Shown here piece after piece: positions 10,287-21,120 of a stretch of DNA of 64,000 bases. The notes below the pieces were generated by a model, which was not told the DNA's origin, did no database searches, and was given only the letters and a program-made list of their open reading frames with translations. Where the stretch lies: contig CAWIKF010000002.1 in the NCBI GenBank assembly GCA_963836755.1, forward strand, positions 160,001-224,000. Reading direction: 5' to 3'. The position numbers and the translations under genes were made by a program. The first letter of the stretch is position 1. Every line of letters starts with the position of its first letter. The stretch is from an uncultured Verrucomicrobiae bacterium (GTDB lineage: Bacteria; Verrucomicrobiota; Verrucomicrobiia; Chthoniobacterales; Chthoniobacteraceae).

Positions 10287-11395
10287 AAATTACAAAGCTG
10301 GAGCCAATCATCCTGCACGCGCCGGTGACGCGCGGCGGCATCGCCGACAGCACGCACGCGCTGACGCATTGGGGCGCGCCGGGCGTTGCGATTCATGCGG
10401 ACAACGGCCTCATCGGCTACGGATTTTCCGGCACGCACGCGCACTTGCCGACCGACCGGCTCATCGTCGATTGCATCGTGGAAAGCTACGGGCCGCTACT
10501 CGTCGGCGAGGACCCGCGTGAAGTGCGTGCGCTTTGGGAAAAAATGTTCCGGCGTTCCGAAATTTTCTGGGTCGGCCGCGCTGGCATCACGCATCTCGCG
10601 CTCGGCGCGATCGATATTGCGCTTTGGGATTTGAAAGCGAAGGACGCAGGACTGCCGCTCTGGAAATTGCTCGGCGGCAGCGCCGCGAAAAAGGTCGAGG
10701 CTTACAACACCGACGGCGGCTGGTTGAACTGGTCGCGCGAAACGCTGGTTTCCGACTGCAAGCGCATGGTCGAGGAAGAAGGCTATCGCGCAGTGAAGCT
10801 GAAAATGGGCGGACCCGATCCGCAGGAAGATTTACGGCGGGTCGAGGCGGTTCGCACGGCTCTCGGGCCCGACATTCGCATCATGACAGATGCCAATGGC
10901 CGTTGGACTTTGCCGCAGGCGATGCAAATCGCCAGCAGGCTCACGGACTTCGATATCGCATGGATCGAAGAGCCGCTTTATTTCGATGATCTGGAAGGCC
11001 ATCGGCGGCTGGCTGAAAAAATCGGGACGCCGATCGCGCTCGGCGAGCAGCTTTACATGGCGTCGCAGTTCCGCGATTTCCTCCACGCGGGAGCGGTGCA
11101 TTATGTGCAGCCGGATGTGGTTCGTCTCGCCGGTATCACGGAATTTTGGCAGGTTGCTGACCTTGCGCAATGCCATCATCTGCCCGTCGCGCCGCACGTC
11201 GGCGATATGGCACAGGTTCATCAACATCTTTGTTTCGCACATCCGGCCTGCACGCTGCTCGAATACATTCCGTGGCTGCGAGACTGGATGGAATTTCCAG
11301 CGAAAATCGAAAACGGTTTCCATGTGGCTCCCGAGGAACCCGGCGCGGGCATGACTCCCAGCCGCAAAGCCCTTGACGAAATCAACCGGATTTAA
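10283..11395 (+). CDS. Mandelate racemase-subgroup enolase-superfamily enzyme (acid-sugar dehydratase/cycloisomerase)
   Basis: AIDIALWDLKAK, KLK, DAN, WIEEP, GEQ, QPD, APH. ATGA overlap with the upstream gene. Confidence 0.85.
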   Translation: MKITKLEPIILHAPVTRGGIADSTHALTHWGAPGVAIHADNGLIGYGFSGTHAHLPTDRLIVDCIVESYGPLLVGEDPREVRALWEKMFRRSEIFWVGRAGITHLALGAIDIALWDLKAKDAGLPLWKLLGGSAAKKVEAYNTDGGWLNWSRETLVSDCKRMVEEEGYRAVKLKMGGPDPQEDLRRVEAVRTALGPDIRIMTDANGRWTLPQAMQIASRLTDFDIAWIEEPLYFDDLEGHRRLAEKIGTPIALGEQLYMASQFRDFLHAGAVHYVQPDVVRLAGITEFWQVADLAQCHHLPVAPHVGDMAQVHQHLCFAHPACTLLEYIPWLRDWMEFPAKIENGFHVAPEEPGAGMTPSRKALDEINRI

Positions 11396-11413
11396 AACGA
11401 TTCCTTCCTCTTT

Positions 11414-14400
11414 ATGATGCAAAAAATGATGCGCGTCGCATGCGTTGCTCTTTCTGCGATTTGCGCGACGTCCCCCGCCAAGGAACCTGCCGATAAGCTG
11501 GCAGATCAGTTCATTCACCCGCCGGAGTCCGCAAAGCCGTGGACTTGGTGGCACTGGATCAGCGGCAATGTTTCCAAGGAAGGGATCACTGCGGACCTCG
11601 AGGCGATGAAAGAAATCGGACTCGGCGGAGCGCAGATTTTTACGGTCGATCAAAGCGACGTGAGAGGGCCGATCAAGTTCATGAGCCCGGAATGGCGGGC
11701 GCTCGTGAAGCACGCACTCGCGGAAGCGAAGCGGCTGCATCTCACCATTTCCATGGAAGGGTGCGACGGCTGGAGCGAGTCGGGCGGGCCATGGGTGACG
11801 CCGGCCGAATCGATGCAAAAAGTTGTCTGGTCGGAGCGGCAAGTGACCGGTGGGACGAAGGTTCCGCTCGATCTGCCGCAGCCGACGACATTGCGTGATT
11901 TCTACGAAGACATCGCGCTCTATGCGTTTCCCGCGCTGGAGAGTCCGGCGCAAATGGCCTCGGCAAAAGTCACGGCGAGCGATCCGAACTTTGACGGAAC
12001 AAAAATTCTTACGGCTGAAGGACACCCTGCGCCGCTGAATTTCGACACCCCCGACGCGCCGGCGTGGATCCAGCTCGAATTTCCAAAAGCCGCGACTTTT
12101 TCTTCGGTGCGTCTTTTGGCCAATCGTGAAAGGCCTCCGACCGCGTGGGAAGTGCAGGCGAGCGACAACGGCACGCAATTCACAAAAATCTCCGCGGTGC
12201 AGGCAGGCGGCAGCGCGATTTTCGCGCCGGCGACCGCGCGTTTCTTCCGCGTCTGGCGGCCGAACGCTCCCAAAAATGTCGCGCACTTCGCGGTGACGAG
12301 TTTAACTTTTAGCCGAGTGCCAGCCGGCAAGCTCGAAACACTCTCCGGCATGAGTTCGTCCATCGACGCGACGCAGTTTGTGGAGGCAACCGTTCCGGAC
12401 AGCGACAAAATCGACCCGAAGTCGCTCGTGAATTTAACGGGCAAGCACGAGTGGGACGCGCCGGCTGGCGCGTGGACTTTGATTCGCATCGGCCACACTT
12501 CGACTGGCGCGACGACGCATCCTTCTACCGCCGCGGGTTTGGAATGCAATAAACTCAGCGCCACGGCGGTGACGCATCATATCGAAAATATGTTCGGGCC
12601 CGTCTTCGCCGATTCGCCGGGCCTGGTTGGCGATCCATTGCACTACATCCTTCTCGATAGCTGGGAAGCCGGCTGCGAAAATTGGACACCGAAGATGGCA
12701 GCCGATTTCCAAAAACGGCGCGGTTACGACCTGACGCAGTGGCTGCCGGCGCTGGCTGGAAAAGTCGTTGGCTCATGGGAAAAGACGCAGCGTTTTCTTT
12801 GGGATTACCGCCGGACTTTGGCCGACCTCGTGGCCGAGGAGCATTACGAAACGATCCAAAATTTTGCGCATCAACACCAGATGGGCCTCGCGTCGGAAGC
12901 TACTGGCGATGGGATGCCGACGGTAGCCGATCAATTGCTTTGCAAGAAATATACGGATATTCCGATGGGCGAATTTTGGGTAAACGCTACCCGCGAAACC
13001 AACATCGACGATCCGAAGGAGGCCGCATGCGCCGCGCATATTTACGGGCAAAATGTCGCCGGTGCGGAATCGTTCACCTCCGTCCCAAATACGGCGGCGT
13101 GGAAAAACGATCCCTACTCGCTGAAGGCGCTGGGGGACGAGGAATTTTGCGTCGGCATCAATCGCTTCATTTTTCACCGCTATGCGCACCAGCCTTGGCT
13201 CGATCGCGTGCCGGGAATGTCGATGGGGCCATGGGGCATCAATTTTGAGCGGACGAACACCTGGTGGGAACCGGGCGCCGCTTGGATCAGTTACATCACC
13301 CGCTGCCAAAATCTGCTGCAGTTGGGGAAATTTCAGGCGGATCTTTGTTACTTTTACGGCGAAGGCGTGCCGATTCGTGTGCATCACAAGGCGCTCAATC
13401 CGCCGCTGCCCGCGGGATACGATTACGACGTTTGCAACGCCGATGTATTGTTGCATTCCATGACGGTCGAGAACGGCCTCATTAAGCTGGCGAGCGGGAT
13501 GACTTATCGCGCACTCGTCCTTCCGGCCACGGATCGGATGACGTTGCCAGTGCTTAAAAAAATCGAGTCTCTCGTGAAGGCAGGCGCGACGATCTATGGG
13601 CAGAAGCCGTTGCATTCGCCGACTCTCAGCGGCGGCGATCAAGATGCGGCTCTGGGAAAATTGGCGAACGAAATCTGGGGCGCGTGCGATGGCACGACGG
13701 TGACGGAAAATGTGTGCGGGAAGGGCAAAATCGTTTGCGGCGAGCCACTGGAAAAAGTGCTGCAAGTCGGCCCCGATTTTTCCTTCGCGCAGGGCGATTT
13801 TCTTTTCATCCATCGCAAGATTGGCGATGCGGATGTTTATTTTGTCTCCAATCAACAGCCGCAGGAAATCACGACGGAACTGACCTTTCGTGTCGCTGGC
13901 AAAATTCCAGAACTTTGGCATCCCGATTCCGCGAGCGAACAAACGGCGGCTCTTTTCAAGTCTGACAAGTCGACGACGACTTTGCCGCTGCACTTTGATC
14001 CGACAGGCTCGATGTTCGTAATCTTTCGCCACAACGCGCCAGCATCGGCGCCGATGCCGGAGCTGAAGCTGGATGGCGCAAAAGTTTGGGCGGATAATGA
14101 TTCTCCGCCGACGACTCTGCCTTCGCTGAACAAAGGCGCAGTCGAGTTTGATGCTTTTAAAAATGGGACTTACGAGCTGAGCAACGGATCGCAAAGCCGC
14201 GATGCGGTCGTGAAATCACTGCCAAAACCGCTGGAGTTATCCGGCCCGTGGAACGTGATTTTCCCGCCGAAGCTCGGCGCGCCCGCGAGCGCCAGCTTTG
14301 ATCATCTCATCTCGTGGACGGAGTCGCCAGAAGATGGCGTGAAGTATTTTTCCGGGACCGCAACTTACCAAAAAGATTTCTCAGTCTCGTCCGATTACGT

Positions 14401-14737
14401 GGAAAAAGGCCGCCAGGTATACCTGGAACTCGCCGACGCAAAAAATCTCGCACACGTCTTCGTCAACGGAAAAGACCTCGGCGTTTTGTGGAAGCCGCCC
14501 TTCCGCGCGGACATCACCGACGCCGTGAAAGCTGGAACCAATCACCTCGAGATCAAAGTTACAAATCTTTGGCCCAACCGTTTGATCGGCGATCAAAAAT
14601 TGCCTGAGGACAAGCGCGTCACATGGGCCAGCGTTTCGTTTTACAAAGCGAATTCTCCACTGCTTCCGTCGGGCTTGCTCGGCCCGGTCGCGATCATTCC
14701 GGCGCAGAAAGTTTCGATCCCGCTGGCTGCGAAATAA
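11414..14737 (+). CDS. GH106 alpha-L-rhamnosidase-like glycoside hydrolase with F5/8-type insert
   Basis: Signal peptide, KPWTWWHWISGNVSKEGITADLEAM, GWSESGGPW, LLDSWEAG, DIPMGEFW, AESFT, C-terminal SGLLGPV. Confidence 0.85.
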   Translation: MMQKMMRVACVALSAICATSPAKEPADKLADQFIHPPESAKPWTWWHWISGNVSKEGITADLEAMKEIGLGGAQIFTVDQSDVRGPIKFMSPEWRALVKHALAEAKRLHLTISMEGCDGWSESGGPWVTPAESMQKVVWSERQVTGGTKVPLDLPQPTTLRDFYEDIALYAFPALESPAQMASAKVTASDPNFDGTKILTAEGHPAPLNFDTPDAPAWIQLEFPKAATFSSVRLLANRERPPTAWEVQASDNGTQFTKISAVQAGGSAIFAPATARFFRVWRPNAPKNVAHFAVTSLTFSRVPAGKLETLSGMSSSIDATQFVEATVPDSDKIDPKSLVNLTGKHEWDAPAGAWTLIRIGHTSTGATTHPSTAAGLECNKLSATAVTHHIENMFGPVFADSPGLVGDPLHYILLDSWEAGCENWTPKMAADFQKRRGYDLTQWLPALAGKVVGSWEKTQRFLWDYRRTLADLVAEEHYETIQNFAHQHQMGLASEATGDGMPTVADQLLCKKYTDIPMGEFWVNATRETNIDDPKEAACAAHIYGQNVAGAESFTSVPNTAAWKNDPYSLKALGDEEFCVGINRFIFHRYAHQPWLDRVPGMSMGPWGINFERTNTWWEPGAAWISYITRCQNLLQLGKFQADLCYFYGEGVPIRVHHKALNPPLPAGYDYDVCNADVLLHSMTVENGLIKLASGMTYRALVLPATDRMTLPVLKKIESLVKAGATIYGQKPLHSPTLSGGDQDAALGKLANEIWGACDGTTVTENVCGKGKIVCGEPLEKVLQVGPDFSFAQGDFLFIHRKIGDADVYFVSNQQPQEITTELTFRVAGKIPELWHPDSASEQTAALFKSDKSTTTLPLHFDPTGSMFVIFRHNAPASAPMPELKLDGAKVWADNDSPPTTLPSLNKGAVEFDAFKNGTYELSNGSQSRDAVVKSLPKPLELSGPWNVIFPPKLGAPASASFDHLISWTESPEDGVKYFSGTATYQKDFSVSSDYVEKGRQVYLELADAKNLAHVFVNGKDLGVLWKPPFRADITDAVKAGTNHLEIKVTNLWPNRLIGDQKLPEDKRVTWASVSFYKANSPLLPSGLLGPVAIIPAQKVSIPLAAK

Positions 14738-14740
14738 CGG

Positions 14741-15781
14741 CTAGACGCGCGCGAGTTTGATCGGATACGTGCGGCCCGAATTCCACTGCGCGACGTAGAT
14801 GCTTTCCTCATCGTCAACCACCAGCCCATGCGGATGCGTGAAAAGGCTGGAGGTGCGCTGCAACGGCGCGAGCTGGCCTTCCGCACTGTAAACCGGCGGT
14901 GCTCCGGCGGGGTTGGACACGACGCGGTCGTGAGTGTCGAAGATGCTGACGAAGCCGGAACTTTTCGCATCGCGCATGCGCAGTTGCGCGACATAGGCGG
15001 CTCCGTTTTTGAAAGTGATGTCGCACGGCAGCGCATTCGGCAGCGCGATTTCGCTGAGATATTTTCCATCGAGGCTGAAGCGTTTGATCGAGCAATCCTG
15101 CCGCGACGTGACCAGCAGCGTCGGATTCTTCGGATCGCGAAGATCGATTTCGCCGCCGTGCGCTTCGTTGATATTTTCCGGGGCCTTGCCACGTCCGCCG
15201 AAGATATTTTTCAGATCACCCGTCGGGCTGTAATGCAAAATCAGCGACGTGCCGTAGCCGTCCATCACGTAAAAATCTCCGTCCGGCCGCACGGCCACAT
15301 CGGTCGGCTTAAAGTCGCCGCCGCGCGCGAACTTCCCGCTTTCAAACGGCGCGTCGAGCTTGAGCAGAATTTTCCCATCCATCGTTGTTTTAAACACCTG
15401 ATGGCGGTCGTAATCGGTGATGAACAAAAATTCCTCTCCGTTTTCATTCACCAGCGTCAGCCCGTGCGCGCCCGGAAAATCGTGGCCCCAGGTGCCGAGC
15501 AGCTTCCCGGCTTTGTCGTAGATCACCACATTGTTGCGCGTCTCGTTCGTCAGCAGGAGCAGTCGTCCGCGCCGGTCCTGCACCATCGCGTGGCAATCGT
15601 TGACCGGCGTCTCCGCACCAAGCACGCCCCAGCCTGGAACGACGCGGTATCGGTAGCTGCCGTGACCGAGCACTGCGGAATCTTCCGCGGCGTCGGCAGC
15701 AAATAAATGGCCCGCGTATGCCGCGCCCACACTCAGCGCAGTCGTTCGCAGAAAATCGCGGCGGGAGAATTTCGTGTTAAT
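14741..15781 (-). CDS. Tat-exported six-bladed NHL beta-propeller (peptidyl-hydroxyglycine lyase-like); apparent ATT start
   Basis: NHL repeats (GAHGLTL, PTDVAV, DGYG, HPHGLVVD). Frame is open upstream of GTG 15730 as I-N-T-K-F-S-R-R-D-F-L-R, bounded by TAA at 15791. Confidence 0.7.
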   Translation of the reverse strand: MNTKFSRRDFLRTTALSVGAAYAGHLFAADAAEDSAVLGHGSYRYRVVPGWGVLGAETPVNDCHAMVQDRRGRLLLLTNETRNNVVIYDKAGKLLGTWGHDFPGAHGLTLVNENGEEFLFITDYDRHQVFKTTMDGKILLKLDAPFESGKFARGGDFKPTDVAVRPDGDFYVMDGYGTSLILHYSPTGDLKNIFGGRGKAPENINEAHGGEIDLRDPKNPTLLVTSRQDCSIKRFSLDGKYLSEIALPNALPCDITFKNGAAYVAQLRMRDAKSSGFVSIFDTHDRVVSNPAGAPPVYSAEGQLAPLQRTSSLFTHPHGLVVDDEESIYVAQWNSGRTYPIKLARV

Positions 15782-15790
15782 AGCCGCGCC

Positions 15791-16144
15791 TTATTTGCGA
15801 TGATGAACGCCCGCGTCCATCGCGCTATGCAACTCTGCGATGGCATGATTGATCTTGTCCGTCATCTCCGGCTTTTTTCCAGCTTTGGCCAGCTCCGTCG
15901 CTTCGGCTACCAGATCCTTTGCCTCATCTCTTTTGCCTTTCCGATTGAGGACTGCTTTGTCCAAATCTTTCATGGCTTCGTCGAGTTTTGGCAAAGGGTC
16001 GGTCGCCGCCTTTGCGGCTTCCAGCGCCTCGATCGCTGCGCGCACGTTTGGCGCTGCGGCCGCGGCGGCAATGACGTGGCCTTGCATGCAGGTGAGAGAA
16101 ACCAAAACGAGAAAAGCGGCAAATCGGGCGGGAAATCTTTTCAT
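15791..16144 (-). CDS. Small secreted helical hypothetical protein
   Basis: MKRFPARFAAFLVLVSLTCMQG signal-like N-terminus, Ala/Lys/Glu-rich amphipathic helices. TATACT lies 8 nt before the ATG. Confidence 0.65.
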   Translation of the reverse strand: MKRFPARFAAFLVLVSLTCMQGHVIAAAAAAPNVRAAIEALEAAKAATDPLPKLDEAMKDLDKAVLNRKGKRDEAKDLVAEATELAKAGKKPEMTDKINHAIAELHSAMDAGVHHRK

Positions 16145-16305
16145 AAGTCCGTAGTATAAATGATCGCCCAGCAGGTCAAGTGACACTTTTGTAACGTGTC
16201 TGAATGCGAGAAACTAAAGGACATGATGACCAGTGTGAAAAAGTCTCCGCTATTCAAAAATAAGCTGCGTCGCGACGACGACGCCTTTAAGATCGCGCTT
16301 CTGTC

Positions 16306-17886
16306 GTGAGTCAAAATCCCCAGCCGCGCCGGCTTCCCGGCGGAATACTTTTGATTTGTTTGTGCAGCCTCGGCACGCTCGCGCTGCTTCCGTTTTTGCA
16401 ACTTGGCAACGGCACCGATGTGCCAACGTTCGCGCTTTTTCTCGGACGTTTTCATCCCGTGATTCTGCACGTGCCGATCGGACTGATCATCCTGGCAGTC
16501 GCGCTCGAGCACGCGCATTGGGCTGGCGTGCGGCGTTGGATTCCGAAAGCGCCGCCCGGCACTTCGACTTTTCTTATTTTCTTTGCGGCGATGAGCGCGC
16601 TGCTTTCCACGCTGCTGGGCTGGCTGCTTTCCTACAGCGGCGGCTACGATCCGGCGCTGCTCGCGCGGCATTTTTACGCCGGTCTCGCGACCGCAATCGG
16701 TGTGAATCTGGCGCTGCTGCTGAAGATTTTCGCGGACGCCAAACCGGCGCGCCGCTCGCTCACCATCGCGTATGAAATCGTGCTGATTCTGACCGGAGGC
16801 TGCCTCGCGCTCGCCGGGCATTACGGCGCGGACATCACGCACGGCGAAGATTATTTGACCGAATATGCGCCGAATCCCGTCCGCCGGTTGCTCGGCCTGC
16901 CGCTGCGCCTGAACCTCGCGGATCAGCCTGTGAAGCCACTTCCCGAGCGCGTCGCGTTTGCCGAAGTCGTCGCGCCGATCCTCGCCGAGCGCTGCGTCGG
17001 CTGCCACAGCGGGCAAAAAGCGAAAGGCGGCTTGCGGCTCGATCGCTACGATCTCGTCATGAAAGGCGGCGAGAGCGGCGCGTCGGTAATCGTCGGTGAG
17101 CCGGCGAAAAGTGAGTTGCTGCGGCGGATTGATTTGCCGCTCGACAACGAGAAACACATGCCGCCGAAAGGGAAGACGCAGCCGACTGACGACGAGATGG
17201 CCGTTTTAAATTGGTGGATCCAGGCCGGCGTGCCGGACGACAAGCGCATCGGCGAATTGAACGTGCCGAAGGAAGTTTTGCTCGCGATGGATCGCGCGAC
17301 GCCGGAGCCGATTCGCGAGAAGCTCGACGCGGCGCGGCGCGAAAAAGCGCAACAGCAGCAAGCGCTGCTCACGGAGCTGCGGAAAAAAGTTCCGGGCCTG
17401 ATCAGGCCGCTGGTGCCCGGCCAGCCGGAGCTCGATTACTCCGCGGGCATGAGTTTCGCGGATTTCGGCGACGAGCAACTGCGCGAGCTCGCGGTGGTCG
17501 GCGAAAATCTTGTGCAACTCGATTTGGCCCGCACCAAAATCACCGACGCGGGGTTACAAGCTCTAGCCAAAATGCCGAATCTCGCGCATCTCGAACTCGA
17601 AAAAACTGCGATTGGCGACGCTGGGCTCGCTTTCGTGAAGACGCTGCCAAAGCTCGAAGTTTTAAACCTTTACGGCACGAGCGTGACGGACAAAGGCGTG
17701 GAAATGCTCGCCGGGATGAAGACGCTGCGCCGGCTGTATCTTTTCCACACTGCCGTCACCGACGCGGAGGAAAAGCGGCTGCACAAGGCCTTGCCAAAGC
17801 TCGAAATTGTGCGAAAGGAATTGGCCACCGCGCCACCGGTGGCGAGCCCGTCGCCAAAAGGTTTGCCCTCCCCTGGGAAGCAATGA
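16306..17886 (+). CDS. Membrane DUF2231-like + planctomycete cytochrome c + leucine-rich-repeat protein
   Basis: FLGRFHPVILHVPIG and GHYGADITHGEDYL in the TM domain, CVGCH...GGLRLD...HMPP, C-terminal LRRs (LxxLxLxxTxIxD). Confidence 0.8.
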   Translation: MSQNPQPRRLPGGILLICLCSLGTLALLPFLQLGNGTDVPTFALFLGRFHPVILHVPIGLIILAVALEHAHWAGVRRWIPKAPPGTSTFLIFFAAMSALLSTLLGWLLSYSGGYDPALLARHFYAGLATAIGVNLALLLKIFADAKPARRSLTIAYEIVLILTGGCLALAGHYGADITHGEDYLTEYAPNPVRRLLGLPLRLNLADQPVKPLPERVAFAEVVAPILAERCVGCHSGQKAKGGLRLDRYDLVMKGGESGASVIVGEPAKSELLRRIDLPLDNEKHMPPKGKTQPTDDEMAVLNWWIQAGVPDDKRIGELNVPKEVLLAMDRATPEPIREKLDAARREKAQQQQALLTELRKKVPGLIRPLVPGQPELDYSAGMSFADFGDEQLRELAVVGENLVQLDLARTKITDAGLQALAKMPNLAHLELEKTAIGDAGLAFVKTLPKLEVLNLYGTSVTDKGVEMLAGMKTLRRLYLFHTAVTDAEEKRLHKALPKLEIVRKELATAPPVASPSPKGLPSPGKQ

Positions 17887-20800
17887 AAAAGTTCGCCAGC
17901 ATCCTCATTATCATCGTCGTCTCTGCCAGCGTGCTCGCGCTGTCGCGCGCCGGTTTTATTTCGTTCAAGCACACGAAAAGCGAGAACGTGGTGAGCGCCG
18001 AGGATGCATCGCTGCCGAAGGTCATTACCTTTAGCGAAAATATCGAGCCGGTGCTTTCGGATAACTGCTACCATTGCCACGGGCCTGACACGACCGCGCG
18101 CAAAGCCGATCTGCGGCTCGACCGCCCGGATCTCGCGTTCGCGCCGCGGAAGGATGGGCAGCCGGTGATCATACGCGGCAATCCCAGCGCGAGTGCGATG
18201 ATCAAGCGCATCACCTCGAAGGATCCCAATCAAATGATGCCGCCGCCCGATTCGCGCCGGCAATTGACGCCGCAGCAAATCGCGCTGCTGACGCGCTGGG
18301 TGAAAGAAGGCGCGGTTTACCAGGAGCATTGGTCGTTCACCGCGCCGATACGGCCGCAGGTGCCGGATGTCGCGCAGAAGGATTGGCCGAAAAATCCGAT
18401 CGATCATTTCGTGCTCGCGAAACTGGAGCAAAACGGTCTCGCGCCCGAAGCGCCGGCCGACAAGCGTGCGCTGATCCGTCGCGTTTCGCTCGACCTCATC
18501 GGGTTGCCGCCGACGCCGGAGGAAGTGGAAAATTTTGTCAAGGACGACGCTCCGAATGCCTACGAAAAAGTCGTCGATCGCCTGCTCGCGAATCCGCATT
18601 ACGGCGAGCACGAAGCAACCTACTGGCTCGACGGCGCGCGCTACGCAGACACGCACGGGCTGCACTTTGACGATTACCGCTCGATCTGGCCGTATCGCGA
18701 CTGGGTCATCAACGCGTTAAACAACAATGAACGGTTTGATCAATTCACGGTCGAGCAGCTCGCCGGCGATTTGTTGCCGAATGCAACCATTGAACAAAAA
18801 ACCGCGACCGGTTTCATCCGCTGCGGCGTCTCGACGAATGAAGGCGGCTCAATCGCCGATGAGGTGCTGGCGAGCTATGCGAAGGATAATGTCGAGACGG
18901 TCTCGACAGTTTTCACCGGCCTGACGATGGGCTGCTGCGCGTGCCACGACCATAAGTTTGATCCGATCACGCAGAAGGAATTTTACCAGTTCTCCGCGTT
19001 CTTTCGGAACACGACGCAGAAAGCGCTCGACGGGAATGTTGAGGATACGCCGCCGTCGATTCGCATCGTGGCAAAGGCAGATTTGCCGCGCTGGGATGCG
19101 CTGCCGGGCGAGATGACCGCGACGCAAAAAGAACTCGATGATCGGACGAAGCTCGCGAAAAAAGAAGTGGCCGAGCTGCGAAAGTCGGTCGCGGCCGACA
19201 CGAAATTCAAGCCGATCAGCACGGACAAACTTGATCTGCGGCTGCTGTTGAATGAAGGCCACGACGCGAGCGTCGCCAGCTCGACCGCCGTCAATTTTCA
19301 AATCACCGGCAACCTGAAATGGATGGCGGGTTTGTTCGGCAGCGCGCCGGTTTTTGCCGGCGAAAATTATGCGCAGCTCGGCAACGTCGGCGACTTTGAT
19401 GCCAGCGATTCTTTTTCCTTCGGCGCATGGGTCCGCTTCACCGGAAAACCGAATGGCGCACTGCTCGCGCGCGTGGATGCGGACAATAATTTGCGCGGCT
19501 GGGAGCTAGCATTCCGGGACGGCAAAGTCGTCGCGGAGCTCAACAACTTTGTTCCCAATAATGCGCTGAAAGTCGTGACTGAGAAGCCGCTCGTGCCGGG
19601 CGCCTGGCAGCATGTTTTCGTCACATACGATGGCAAGAGCAAAGCGGCTGGCGTCAAAATTTATGTCAACGCGATGCCGGTGCCGACAAAGTCCGAAACC
19701 AACAGCCTGACCGAAACGATCCGGACGGCCGCGCAACTTCAGCTCGGCCGCAGCACCGGTGATGAAGCGGGCTTGAAGGACTTTTCGGCGCAAGATGTGC
19801 GCATTTACCATCGCGCGCTTTCCATGAACGAAGTGAAGATTTTGGCCGGCGATGAAGCCGCGCATGCAATCCTGACGGCGGTGCCAGGCGAGTGGAGCAG
19901 CGAGCAGCAGAAGATCGTTCTGAATTATTATTTGCAGAAGTTTGATCCCGCTTTCGCCGCCGCGGAAAAGAAGCTGGCGGGGTTGAAAGCAGAGCAGGAA
20001 GAAATTCGCAAGCGCAGCCCGGCAACACTCGTCGAGGATGAAAAACCGGATGCGCCGTTTGCCTACGTGCTGAAGCGCGGCCAATACGATCAGCCGGGTG
20101 AAAAAGTTGCCGCGGGCACGCCGAGTGTGCTGCCGCCAATGCTGAAGGATGAGCCGGACAACCGCCTCGGCCTCGCGAAATGGCTCGTGGCGCCGACGAA
20201 TCCGCTGCTCGCGCGCGTGACGGTAAATCGCTTTTGGCAGCAACTTTTCGGCATCGGCATCGTGCGCACGAGCGAGGATTTCGGCATCCAGGGCGACCGG
20301 CCGATCAACCAGCCGCTGCTCGATTGGCTGGCGGTTGAATTCCGTGAGTCTGGCTGGGACGTGAAGCACGTATTCAAATTGATGGTGATGTCCGCGGCAT
20401 ATCAGCAGGACGATCGGATCACGGCGCAAAAGCGCGAAAAAGATCCGGAAAATCGCCTCGTCTCGCGCGGGCCGCGTTTTCGTCTCGATGGCGAAACGAT
20501 CCGCGACCAGGCACTCGCGGTGAGTGGTTTGTTGGTGCCGAAAATCGGTGGCCCGCCGGTGAAAACGTATCAGCCGATCAATATCTGGGAGCCGATCAGC
20601 ATGCCGAACTCGACCACTGGGGTTTACATGCAGGATCATGGCGAAGCGCTTTATCGCCGCAGCATTTACATGCTCTGGAAACGGATGGCGCCGCAGCCGG
20701 AGCTCGAGACTTTCGGCACGCCCTCACGCGTCGCCTGCACAGTCCGCCGGACGCCGACGAACACGCCGCTGCAAGCGCTCGTGACGATGAATGATCCGCA

Positions 20801-21104
20801 GTATGTCGAGGCCGCGCGGCAGTTTGCGGTCAACGCCATCCACGCTGCGCCGTCGCCCGCCGCGAGGCTTGACTACATGTCCGAGCACTTGCTGGCACGG
20901 CCTTTGGAAGAAAAGGAAAGGGCGATCCTGCTCGCCAGCGCGGAAAAGTTTAGCGGCATCTTCGCGAAGAAACCCGAGGCCGCGACTGACCTGATCCACA
21001 CGGGCGAAACCGCGCCGGCGACCGACGTGCCCGCGCCTGAGCAAGCCGCATGGACGATGGTCGCGAGCCAATTTTTCAATCTCGACGAAGCATTAAATAA
21101 GTAA
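17883..21104 (+). CDS. PSD1/PSCyt (DUF1549/DUF1553) cytochrome c protein with LamG domain
   Basis: ATG 17883 (ATGA overlap), signal peptide, [34 protein letters not shown], LamG-like [18 protein letters not shown]. Confidence 0.9.
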   Translation: MKKFASILIIIVVSASVLALSRAGFISFKHTKSENVVSAEDASLPKVITFSENIEPVLSDNCYHCHGPDTTARKADLRLDRPDLAFAPRKDGQPVIIRGNPSASAMIKRITSKDPNQMMPPPDSRRQLTPQQIALLTRWVKEGAVYQEHWSFTAPIRPQVPDVAQKDWPKNPIDHFVLAKLEQNGLAPEAPADKRALIRRVSLDLIGLPPTPEEVENFVKDDAPNAYEKVVDRLLANPHYGEHEATYWLDGARYADTHGLHFDDYRSIWPYRDWVINALNNNERFDQFTVEQLAGDLLPNATIEQKTATGFIRCGVSTNEGGSIADEVLASYAKDNVETVSTVFTGLTMGCCACHDHKFDPITQKEFYQFSAFFRNTTQKALDGNVEDTPPSIRIVAKADLPRWDALPGEMTATQKELDDRTKLAKKEVAELRKSVAADTKFKPISTDKLDLRLLLNEGHDASVASSTAVNFQITGNLKWMAGLFGSAPVFAGENYAQLGNVGDFDASDSFSFGAWVRFTGKPNGALLARVDADNNLRGWELAFRDGKVVAELNNFVPNNALKVVTEKPLVPGAWQHVFVTYDGKSKAAGVKIYVNAMPVPTKSETNSLTETIRTAAQLQLGRSTGDEAGLKDFSAQDVRIYHRALSMNEVKILAGDEAAHAILTAVPGEWSSEQQKIVLNYYLQKFDPAFAAAEKKLAGLKAEQEEIRKRSPATLVEDEKPDAPFAYVLKRGQYDQPGEKVAAGTPSVLPPMLKDEPDNRLGLAKWLVAPTNPLLARVTVNRFWQQLFGIGIVRTSEDFGIQGDRPINQPLLDWLAVEFRESGWDVKHVFKLMVMSAAYQQDDRITAQKREKDPENRLVSRGPRFRLDGETIRDQALAVSGLLVPKIGGPPVKTYQPINIWEPISMPNSTTGVYMQDHGEALYRRSIYMLWKRMAPQPELETFGTPSRVACTVRRTPTNTPLQALVTMNDPQYVEAARQFAVNAIHAAPSPAARLDYMSEHLLARPLEEKERAILLASAEKFSGIFAKKPEAATDLIHTGETAPATDVPAPEQAAWTMVASQFFNLDEALNK

Positions 21105-21120
21105 CCAGCCGCGTTTCCTC

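Noticed and set aside
17211..17882. N-terminal extension of the 1297-aa ORF
   Set aside because: It is an alternative-frame shadow of the upstream gene. The signal peptide and ATGA coupling place the start at 17883.
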